A program made the translations under genes and the position numbers. Below the pieces are notes generated by a model. That model was not told the DNA's origin. It made no database searches and saw only the letters and a program-made list of their open reading frames with translations. From Oligoflexales bacterium (GTDB lineage Bacteria > Bdellovibrionota_B > Oligoflexia > Oligoflexales > Bog-1112), in NCBI GenBank assembly GCA_045105515.1, contig JBGCDR010000182.1, positions 1-44,042 on the forward strand: 44,042 nt of DNA, in the 5' to 3' direction. Positions 1 to 8,270 of this stretch are shown here, piece by piece. Each line of letters starts with the position of its first letter. Positions within the stretch are counted from its first letter, which is position 1.

Positions 1-438
1 AATTCCGGGTCTAACCGTAAGTATTTTCATATCAATGGCCTATTACCCCTCCATCTTGAGCTTGATCGTGTTGACTTGGTTGAAGAGATAAGGGATTACG
101 GGAAGAGAATTGCCGAGTCATCTATCTTTAAAGATGCAATAAAAAATTTGAATGGAGGGGAGATTACTATTGGCTCAGACACTGGTTTTTCTGATTGGTA
201 CAAAATTATCAGCCAATACGACTCCTTGGTTATGCTGTATGAGTTCCATCCTGATTTTGATACAAATATTCGCCTTCAAAATAAGCTGAAATTTTTACGA
301 ACAACATTTTCTGATAAATTGAAGGCTATGGAAGAGAATCGTCTCTCCGAAGACGAAATTATGGTTTTCTCTCAGTATATGGAAGATGAAGTCAATGCAA
401 CTCTTGATAAGCAAGGTTGGTATCAATCAATAGATTAA
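1..438 (+). CDS. 3' part of a gene entering from the left edge; possibly the C-terminal end of a patatin-like phospholipase
   Basis: Frame is open from base 1 (NSGSNRKYFHINGLLPLHLELDRVDLVEEIRDYGK...) to TAA at 436-438. YFHINxxLP..LELD resembles the Y.R.N......LD end of patatin domains. The catalytic motifs would lie outside the window. Confidence 0.5.
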   Translation, partial: NSGSNRKYFHINGLLPLHLELDRVDLVEEIRDYGKRIAESSIFKDAIKNLNGGEITIGSDTGFSDWYKIISQYDSLVMLYEFHPDFDTNIRLQNKLKFLRTTFSDKLKAMEENRLSEDEIMVFSQYMEDEVNATLDKQGWYQSID

Positions 439-459
439 TTGATTAAAGAGATTGAAGAG

Positions 460-1911
460 ATGTACAACAGGATATTGCTCCTTATATTTTTGACCGCCAC
501 CCTGGCTAACATAATTTTTATAGATTGCTGCTATGCAAGTTCTATTGATGAGTTGAAGCAGCATTATGAAAAAGGAGCTGCAGAAAGGTACAAATGTGCG
601 GGGATCAAGAATAGAAATGTCTGTATAACTTGCGGAAAAAATGGATATCTTTGGAATACAAAAGGTCGAACATGCATTATCTGTGAGTGTAGTTTTTGTA
701 ATAAGCATTGCGATAATAAATTATCTAAAACTTCAGATTCTGGAGGAGTTTTGTGCAATGATTGTTTTAGTGGTATTTCGGAATCAGACACAGAAACTAT
801 TGTTGAAAAAATTGATGTTCTCGAAAATCTTATTGAAAAATATGAATATTTGTATTCAATTGGTTCTAAATTATCTTTTCGTTTAAAAGAAGATGCTGAA
901 AAATTAAATAAAATGAAATTTCGACAAAATGTTGTCGACGCTACAGGTGATTCAATAGGTATTGTAAGCTCTGGACTTGGTATTGCAGGTGGTATTGCTC
1001 TTTGGGCAGTGCCTGGTGGACAGGTTGCTGGTACCTTGGCTTTGTCTTCGTCTATTTCAGGAATTTCTGGTTTGGCGGTGAAAGGAAGCGGTTATTTAAC
1101 TATAAATTGGCTCGACCAAGTCCAATCCCTCCCACATCGATGCTTGATTAGTACCTTAATTTTCTTGAACGATTGCATCAATATGCAAACGGCAAAAGCA
1201 CTTTCAAAAATTGCCAGTATGTTTGATGACGAAATCACTTTGACGAATGACTTGAAAAAATTTCTTCTAAGAAAAAGGCATTTAGCTAATTTTAATCCGC
1301 AGGATCTTGGCAAAACAGGACTTTGTCATTTAGGCAACGGTTTGATAAAAACAAGTTCTGAAATGATGAACAAAACAAACCCAAACAAATATTTAGCTTC
1401 TACTGTTTATGAAGTCGATGAATTAGAAAAATTATTTGGAGCATTTGAAACAGCAGTAGGTGTTATTGATTCTTCAGATGAAGTCATAGCAGCCGCAAAA
1501 ATACTCGATGCTACTGATGAGTTTGTTGCTACTACTGCGGGTGAAACGGTAAGGGTAAGCTCCAAAACTGCTGGTAATACCCTGAAAGTAACCCGACAAA
1601 CTGTAAGTAGCTCTACAAAAATAGGCTCTAAAGTTGAGACTGCTAGCAAAGCGACTATTTCTACTAGTCAAAAAGTGGCTAGTGGTATTACCTGTACCGC
1701 ATCAGTTGTTGGCTTAGCAGCATCGTCTTATGGTTTGTATAGTGCAGCACGAGATCTTTCAAAAGGCAGTATAGATGAAGTTTCAAAATTATTATTACAC
1801 TTTGCACAAGAAATGGAAGAATGTTCCACACCTGAAAATTTAGAAAAAAATTTGAGATATCTAAAGTCAAGATTCTCCTCTTACCAAGAATTTTCTAAAG
1901 ATATAAACTAA
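460..1911 (+). CDS. Secreted protein: signal peptide + FYVE-related zinc finger + apolipoprotein-L-like region
   Basis: ATG at 460 starts MYNRILLLIFLTATLANIIFIDCCYA (signal-like). Cys pattern CITC-CIIC-FCNKHC-LCNDC at 622-765. Gly/Ala-rich hydrophobic hairpin. C-terminal YGLYSAARDLSKGSIDEVSKLLLHFAQEMEE. Confidence 0.7.
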   Translation: MYNRILLLIFLTATLANIIFIDCCYASSIDELKQHYEKGAAERYKCAGIKNRNVCITCGKNGYLWNTKGRTCIICECSFCNKHCDNKLSKTSDSGGVLCNDCFSGISESDTETIVEKIDVLENLIEKYEYLYSIGSKLSFRLKEDAEKLNKMKFRQNVVDATGDSIGIVSSGLGIAGGIALWAVPGGQVAGTLALSSSISGISGLAVKGSGYLTINWLDQVQSLPHRCLISTLIFLNDCINMQTAKALSKIASMFDDEITLTNDLKKFLLRKRHLANFNPQDLGKTGLCHLGNGLIKTSSEMMNKTNPNKYLASTVYEVDELEKLFGAFETAVGVIDSSDEVIAAAKILDATDEFVATTAGETVRVSSKTAGNTLKVTRQTVSSSTKIGSKVETASKATISTSQKVASGITCTASVVGLAASSYGLYSAARDLSKGSIDEVSKLLLHFAQEMEECSTPENLEKNLRYLKSRFSSYQEFSKDIN

Positions 1912-1920
1912 AAATATATT

Positions 1921-2961
1921 CTAGGCAGCAGTCAAAGCTAATTCTGATGCTTGGTCTGCTAAAGGCATTGCATCCTCACAAAATTTCTCTAATTGGGTTT
2001 CATCAATACCCAACTTATTTGAGATTGAATGCATCAAATCTTGATCTATTCTGGAGGGATTTAATGAGACCCAATGCATTATTTGGTTGCTCAAAGTAAC
2101 TATATCTACAATTGAACAATTGTTAATATTATGGCCTTTTTTATCTCTATGGTGTCCGACAACAGAATCGACAATAAAGTCTGGAAGTCCCCATATTCTG
2201 CACGCTATCTCACCGAGTGTCGTGTGATCTACAATTTTTAATTCACGTTCAGCTTGACTCCAAGTGTTGATATTTTGGGGTACTGATAATTGATTGCAAA
2301 TGGCATCAGCTTTTTTAGGAAGTAGAATTGCCAGCAGAATTTTTCCGATATTTGCAAAGCTACCAGCTAGGTATGCAATATCCTTTTGATCATTGCTTAG
2401 GAATTGAGAAGCTAATTTTTCTGAAATTAGGCCAGTTAAAAATGATTCCTGCCAAAATTGGGCGGCTTCATATTCTTTTGAGTTAAATTCAAAATTCTTA
2501 ATACATGCAAGGTTTATGATTTCCGAGACATTTTTTCTCCCTATATATACGCATGCATGTTCGAGAGATTCAATCTTATTTCTGCCTATTCTCATGTTAT
2601 CTGCTATCTTGATAATTTCTATTGCTAAATGAGGCATTTTGCGGATTGATAAAGATAACTCTTTCATCGAGCTACGTTCATCGAGTAGCAGAGATTGAGC
2701 TTCCATTGCTGCTGATGGCATCATCGGGATCTCTGTTTTGAGCAAAATAAGCTTATTAAATACTTTTCCTGCATATGAGCTTAATACCTTATCAGGTGAA
2801 TACCAATCAAATTTGCCTTTAGGAATAACTAAGGTTGAGTCGCATTGGCAATTAAACCACAACATCCCAGACTTACATACCCGCCAACGGCTCGTGTTTT
2901 CGAGAAAGTCTTCCTCGTTTTTGTACTCTCTTTTACATAAGCTACATGTCTTGAAAGTCAT
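1921..2961 (-). CDS. HDOD-domain signalling protein with N-terminal Cys-rich domain
   Basis: IPMMP, IIKIADN, IESLEHACVYIG, FWQES, AYLAGSFANIGK, DHTTLG...WGLP and HH are HDOD hallmarks. N-terminal CSLC...WRVC...WFNCQC. Confidence 0.88.
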   Translation of the reverse strand: MTFKTCSLCKREYKNEEDFLENTSRWRVCKSGMLWFNCQCDSTLVIPKGKFDWYSPDKVLSSYAGKVFNKLILLKTEIPMMPSAAMEAQSLLLDERSSMKELSLSIRKMPHLAIEIIKIADNMRIGRNKIESLEHACVYIGRKNVSEIINLACIKNFEFNSKEYEAAQFWQESFLTGLISEKLASQFLSNDQKDIAYLAGSFANIGKILLAILLPKKADAICNQLSVPQNINTWSQAERELKIVDHTTLGEIACRIWGLPDFIVDSVVGHHRDKKGHNINNCSIVDIVTLSNQIMHWVSLNPSRIDQDLMHSISNKLGIDETQLEKFCEDAMPLADQASELALTAA

Positions 2962-3343
2962 TAGTTGGTCCTTTCTACTAAGACTTAGCCACCCACCACA
3001 GTGTTATATGTATCGGAGAGATCAACTTCAAAAACATTACTTCTGAGTGATTTTTTTTATCTAGTTGAATTGATAAATAAAAATGGGATCTAAGTCCTGA
3101 TAGGATACGATCAATTTTTGATGAGCTTTGGTTACCAATTTTTGATTTTGGACAAATCATAATTTTGGACTGGGTCCTAAAAGAAAGCTTTTGGTTAATT
3201 GGTCTTGTTTTTGACATATAAATTAGAAATATCAATATCTTACTCTTGTCTTTTATAAAGAATGTAATATTGAACAAGAGTAGGAATGACAGACGAATGA
3301 AGCTTCTGACCAAGATCAAAGATCAAAAATTGTGGGAGTCAGA

Positions 3344-5104
3344 TCAATCAATGATATCAAAATTATAGCTGGGCTTTTGTTTCAAAAATCTTACTATTTT
3401 TGCTATGTTTTTGTCTTGATTTTCATCCATTTGGTTTCGGCTTTCTGAAAAAATCCCTTTTTGCTTCTTAAAGATGTATTCAGTAAGGGCCTTGATCTGT
3501 TCTTTGGTATCATTATCAATACTTTGGTCAGCTATAATAGCAGAACTCCTTGATAACACTGCACTCATGCAAAACAAAGATATGGACATATTTGCAATGC
3601 GTTTTTGAGTCAGTTCATTTCCTATGATCTTTTTTCCGAGCTTAATCAGAGTGTTTTCTACCTTGATTGAAAATTCACTTACCATTAGACTAAGTTCATC
3701 TCCAAAAGGTTTAAATTCGGAATGGATATTTGACAGAGATTTAGAGCCAATTATTTTATGGACCCTTTTTCGTGCAAATTCTGTCAACAGACCTAAGGAT
3801 TTAATTGGGTCGTTGAGAACCTTAGAGATATCTGCTATTTTTCCGAGTTCCTTAAGATTATCTGAGGGACCTTTGATTCCAGAGAGTGCAATGAAAATTC
3901 TTAATATTTCATTAGTCCCTTCGAAAATAAGATTAATACGACTATCTCGCATAATTCTTTCGTAGGGATATTCTCGCATATAACCAATTCCTGCAGCGAT
4001 CTGCAAGGATATGTCTGATACTTCCCATAAAGCTTCAGAGCCAAAAACCTTACACATGGCAGACTCAACAGAATAGTCTTTCATACCCTTATTCATAAGC
4101 CCAGTTGTAAGATACACCATAGACTCAGTAGAGTAAGTGAGGGCAAGCATTTGTACGAGTTTTTCTTGAATCATACCCATATCAATTAAATGTTGATCAA
4201 ACTGTTTACGTTCTAGGGTATGAGCGGTAGCCAGTTTAATAAGCTTCTTCATACCACCAACAGCCCCTGATCCTAGGGACAATCTTCCTGAATTGAGAAC
4301 ATTCATGGCAATTTTAAAGCCTTTGCCCGGTTGGCCAATCATATTTGCAGCAGGGACTACCACGTTGTCAAAAAAGACAGCTCGGGTGTCTGATCCGCGG
4401 ATTCCCATTTTCTTTTCTTTTTCGCCGACAGACACTCCTTGCATCTCTTTTTCGACTATGAAGCAGGAGATCTTTTGCTTTTTTATACCACTGCTATCTT
4501 GATGTTCTGTCTTGCAGAATACTGTGAAAAAATCGGCAATGCCTGCATTGGTAATCCAAAGTTTTTGACCAGAAATGGTATAGGTTTTATCACCGTTATC
4601 CACGGCTTTAGTCTTTATTGAATAGGCGTCTGATCCTGAACCAGGTTCGGTTAGGCAGAAAGCGGCCCACTTTTCACCACTTGCAAGTGCGGACAGCCAT
4701 TTGTTTTTTTGTTCCTTGGTTCCTTCATTGAGTAGAGCTTTATAGCCTATAGATTGGTGGGCTCCCAAAGTAGTAGCAATGGAGCCATCAGCTCCAGAAA
4801 TTTCGGAAAAAACCCGTGCATTTAGGCTGGGGTCAAGCTCCATGCCACCAAATTCTTCGGGGACCGTTAAGCCGCAGAGTCCCATCTGAGTAAGCTGCTC
4901 CAATACCTCTGAAGGAATTTGTTCGTCTTGATCAAACTTTTCGCTATCAAAGCAATCATTCGCGAGTGATTGTACACTGCTGATGATTTCAGCAGCTAAC
5001 TCTTTTTGCTGGTCAGAAAAAAGTGGGTAGGGAAATAGTTGATTTTCTTCTACTTCGCCAAAGAAAAGCATTTTTGCGAATGATGGGTTGCTGTCACTGG
5101 TCAT
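3344..5104 (-). CDS. Acyl-CoA dehydrogenase (ACAD9/VLCAD-like with C-terminal extension)
   Basis: GAHQSIG, FCLTEPGSGSDA, GQKLWITN, KMGIRGS, LNSGR, RKQF, RDSRINLIFEGTNEILR. AGGAG RBS upstream. Confidence 0.95.
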   Translation of the reverse strand: MTSDSNPSFAKMLFFGEVEENQLFPYPLFSDQQKELAAEIISSVQSLANDCFDSEKFDQDEQIPSEVLEQLTQMGLCGLTVPEEFGGMELDPSLNARVFSEISGADGSIATTLGAHQSIGYKALLNEGTKEQKNKWLSALASGEKWAAFCLTEPGSGSDAYSIKTKAVDNGDKTYTISGQKLWITNAGIADFFTVFCKTEHQDSSGIKKQKISCFIVEKEMQGVSVGEKEKKMGIRGSDTRAVFFDNVVVPAANMIGQPGKGFKIAMNVLNSGRLSLGSGAVGGMKKLIKLATAHTLERKQFDQHLIDMGMIQEKLVQMLALTYSTESMVYLTTGLMNKGMKDYSVESAMCKVFGSEALWEVSDISLQIAAGIGYMREYPYERIMRDSRINLIFEGTNEILRIFIALSGIKGPSDNLKELGKIADISKVLNDPIKSLGLLTEFARKRVHKIIGSKSLSNIHSEFKPFGDELSLMVSEFSIKVENTLIKLGKKIIGNELTQKRIANMSISLFCMSAVLSRSSAIIADQSIDNDTKEQIKALTEYIFKKQKGIFSESRNQMDENQDKNIAKIVRFLKQKPSYNFDIID

Positions 5105-5150
5105 GATGTCTCCTTTAGTTATCTTTCCATGAAGAAGGGCATCCGTAGGC

Positions 5151-5789
5151 CTAAGATACGTCTTTAGATAGGTGTGCAGCTAGAGCAGCCGCGTTTTCCA
5201 TTGCACCTTCAACGCGCCCACCTGCTAGCCAATCTCCAATATATGCTAGCCTATTACAAGAGTCTCATAAAAAGTTGCGATCAGAGGTGCTTTGGCGTCC
5301 CTGCGGATGAGGAACGGTCAAGACGCAGATATCAAAACCTTCAAAAATTTGTCCGTGCTTGGTCTCGATCCGCCACATTTCGTTCTTTTTTGTTATGGCA
5401 TCTACTTTGGAATTTAGCTTTACTTCAGCTTCTGAGCACCAGTATTTCGGAAAAGAGTTCATATGGGGTGTCCCCACAAACCGCGGGTGTTGGATTGCTT
5501 GTTCCCATACTTCTTCCTTACTGTAATAACCGCTAGAACTGGGAATATTTTCTATTAATGCATTATCAACAATTTCTTTAAAGTATTTTGCTAGGTCTGG
5601 GTTCTTAATTGTGAAAAATTGGTCTCCCAAATTGAAAACTCCAAACTTCTCTTTCCTACGAACACTGCAGCGCCCACCAATTCCTCGGATTTTCTCAAAT
5701 ATTGAAATGTCTTGCTGCATATTGGGTAAAAGATAAGAAAAAAAGCAGGCACTAGCACCTGCTCCAACAATTGCAATTTTTTCCTTCAT
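5151..5789 (-). pseudogene. Renalase-family NAD/FAD-dependent oxidoreductase, disrupted
   Basis: MKEKIAIVGAG...FEKIRGIGGR start at 5789. In-frame TGA at 5267-5265 is followed in the same frame by the family C-terminus DSCNRLAYIGDWLAGGRVEGAMENAAALA, ending at TAG 5153-5151. Total about 212 codons, short for the family, implying an internal deletion after VLTVPHPQ. Confidence 0.85.
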
Positions 5790-6093
5790 CGCTGCACTCC
5801 CATGTGATCTCGTAGTTCTATGGGGCAGAAGAGTTGAATTCTCTAGGTTGATATTCTGCAATCAGTACCACCAAAATCAGACTTACCACAAGTCATTTGG
5901 CAAAGCTAGCAACAGACTAATGCCAGGCACCAGGTTTTTTGGTATTGCTCAAATTCCAAATGCCCACATAGGGGAACGTGATGGCGCAACAAATTTATAA
6001 TAGTCGAACTTACAGCTTGATGTGCGGGCATTTGTTGACCAAGGTTGGAAGACGATAATTTTTACCTTGAAGGATGACAGGCTGAGCACTAAT

Positions 6094-7182
6094 TTATTTA
6101 TTCATTTGAGCCTTAAGTCGGAATTTAAGTAAGAGTAGCCTTTTTAAACCTGGTTCAAAAATTTCTTCAAAGTTTTGTGGTTTATTAGCATCAACTAATT
6201 TATAGCTTTTTCTTAATTCTTCAACTCCTGCAGTGAGCTGCCTAATAGCAAAAGCTGCCATAATTGAACCAATGCCAATGATTGCAGCTGATGTAGCCCC
6301 CTTTACAACTTTGGGGTCGAAATTGTGTTTTTCAGCAAACCGAGTGATTGCTACATCATCTAGCTTCTTCAGTTGCCGGCTATTAACATCAGATGTATTG
6401 AGTGTAGAGTATTCCTTGCGAAATTGTTCGTAGCTAAGCGACTTACCTGAATTTGGACTGATTTCCCACTTTCTTAGGTTTGAATAACCTTTTTTAATGA
6501 TAGTTGTAGAACCAACTGCACCCATAACCCCGTTGAGGAAAAGAACCCAAGGTATACTTTCGTTTTCTAATTCAGTTTGAGTTTTTGTCCCGGTGCGGAA
6601 ACTAAGATAAAGGCTTACGGTGCTTATAGCAAATTGGAAAAAGGCGAGTTTTCCCAGCTTTTGCACATATTTTATGCGCGCTGCAGAAACATAGCCAAAA
6701 AGTCCCATGGTTAATAGTAACCGTGGTACTAGCTCTGGGTTTGCTAGCGTGGGACCTGGTGTTTCCGTTGATTCATCAGGATTTTCGACTAAACTTATAC
6801 CTTTATTGTCAGTAGCTGTGCTTGTGGCAGTTCCAATTTTCTTCATCTCCTTGGAAAATAGTGCATCGAATTCGTTGGAATGTACAAATTCAAGAAATAG
6901 ACCGCAATCAAGTTCATCTAAGTTTTTACTTAAATTCTGAAAGTCATCATGAATATTTCTTATATCACTGCTATTACCTAATTGCTTTGCATTCAAACAG
7001 AGGCTTTCTGCTTCTGAGTCTAGTTCAGCTTTTGATTGTTCTAAATTTGTATGATTGGGAGCTGGTGAACTTCTGCGCAAGGACTCGCTCCTGTCTTGGT
7101 CATCCGGTTTTTGGTAAACTAACCTACATCCGATACATACTAACAAAATAGAAAAAAATATAGACTTGTACACCAAATTCAT
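6094..7182 (-). CDS. Hypothetical lipoprotein with several hydrophobic helices
   Basis: 362-aa ORF, signal peptide ending VCIGC (lipobox-like), GAGGA RBS, four hydrophobic segments. Confidence 0.8.
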   Translation of the reverse strand: MNLVYKSIFFSILLVCIGCRLVYQKPDDQDRSESLRRSSPAPNHTNLEQSKAELDSEAESLCLNAKQLGNSSDIRNIHDDFQNLSKNLDELDCGLFLEFVHSNEFDALFSKEMKKIGTATSTATDNKGISLVENPDESTETPGPTLANPELVPRLLLTMGLFGYVSAARIKYVQKLGKLAFFQFAISTVSLYLSFRTGTKTQTELENESIPWVLFLNGVMGAVGSTTIIKKGYSNLRKWEISPNSGKSLSYEQFRKEYSTLNTSDVNSRQLKKLDDVAITRFAEKHNFDPKVVKGATSAAIIGIGSIMAAFAIRQLTAGVEELRKSYKLVDANKPQNFEEIFEPGLKRLLLLKFRLKAQMNK

Positions 7183-7241
7183 GTTCTGAGTCCTCTAACT
7201 CTTTACGCTAAAAAAAGCTAATTTCTTGCTTTCCTGGGAAG

Positions 7242-7268
7242 TTATCGGAAAATCTAGCATTAATTTGA
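7242..7268 (-). promoter_or_regulatory. Sigma28 (FliA)-like promoter
   Basis: TCAA-N15-TCCGATAA on the minus strand, about 60 bp before the 7182 start (consensus TAAA-N15-GCCGATAA). Confidence 0.65.
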
Positions 7269-7400
7269 GCTTTTTTAGTAGTTATAGTATAAAAAGTGAG
7301 ATTTTTTTTTAACAGTAAGGAATAACAAAAGAAAATATTCTGACTTTGTATAAGCAGTGAATATCAAAAATGCCATGTTGATCAGGTAAAAGAATATTTT

Positions 7401-7973
7401 TCATATCTTAAGGAACCCTCGGGCTAGCTTAGTAAGTTTAATCCAATCAGATAAGGTACTGAACTTCTTTCTGAGAAAAGCTTTTAAAAGACCTTGATTT
7501 TCTTTCGTTAGTTGGCAAAGTTGTCTAAGTTTCTTGGGTTCCACTCCGATTTTGTCCAAGTCAGCATCACTACACGAGGATAAAACGTATAAGGAGTCTA
7601 CATTCTTCTCCAGTAAAGCCATTTCGCGTTTCCTAAGCACAGAACCAACAATTGAACCAATATCTTCGCAAGCTACATAGGTGCGTCTAGCGTAGACGGT
7701 ATTTCCTGAACATTTTATTAAGCCATAATCCAGAAGCTCACCAACAGCTTTGCTAACAAGCCCTTTAGACACTTCAAGCCTTTGTATGATCTCAAGCGTT
7801 GAAACTGGTCTAGGTGAAAGAAAGATAACTGTCCAAATTCGGCCATGAATACTTCTAAAACCCCAATATTCTATAAATCGTCCAACTTATTCAGCAGCAT
7901 GCCGTAGCTTTTGTTTAGAATCTATCATTGTTTTTTCCGTCGAGGAAGCTTCATAGCTTAAATTGTTATCCAT
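7401..7973 (-). pseudogene. GbsR/MarR-family transcriptional regulator with a premature stop
   Basis: Reads ...KLRHAAE*VGRFIEYWGFRSIHGRIWTVIFLSPRPVSTLEIIQRLEVSKGLVSKAVGELLDYGLI. In-frame TAA at 7889-7887. In-frame ATGs at 7973 and 7928. Confidence 0.85.
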
Positions 7974-8023
7974 GGTTCTTATATTCTTATCTACCTGTGA
8001 GTTGCCAAACTCCAATTTCTAGT

Positions 8024-8059
8024 ATATAAAGTGTTTATAGATATGTAAACACTTTATAT
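8024..8059. promoter_or_regulatory. Operator-like perfect inverted repeat between the divergent regulator and photolyase
   Basis: ATATAAAGTGTTTA-N8-TAAACACTTTATAT, 14-bp perfect arms. Confidence 0.7.
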
Positions 8060-8270
8060 GGAGAAATCCTCGTGTCTGCCAAACCAATGATAATCCTAAT
8101 TTAGGATGGTGAATTTCGCTCTTATCTCGAAGGCAAGGCGCACTCAATACTTATTCGGAAAACGATAGATTTCAAAGAGAGATAAATGAGTCATCAAGGC
8201 AAGCATCCTAATTCAATATTGCTAATTCTGAGAAAAAAAGCTCAAAAAAAATTAACTATGGAGATAAAAG

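Noticed and set aside
2978..3319. 113-aa minus-strand ORF between the acyl-CoA dehydrogenase and HDOD genes
   Set aside because: No RBS or motif, composition typical of translated AT-rich intergenic DNA, and it overlaps the likely HDOD promoter.
5265..5267. TGA read-through or genetic-code reassignment in the renalase-like gene
   Set aside because: TGA terminates intact genes here (e.g. acyl-CoA dehydrogenase at 3346-3344), and the gene has other lesions.
5790..6093. Possible remnant of a membrane-protein gene upstream of the renalase pseudogene
   Set aside because: Coding-like composition and a hydrophobic stretch (LVVSLILVVLIAEY), but stops in all frames and no family I can identify.
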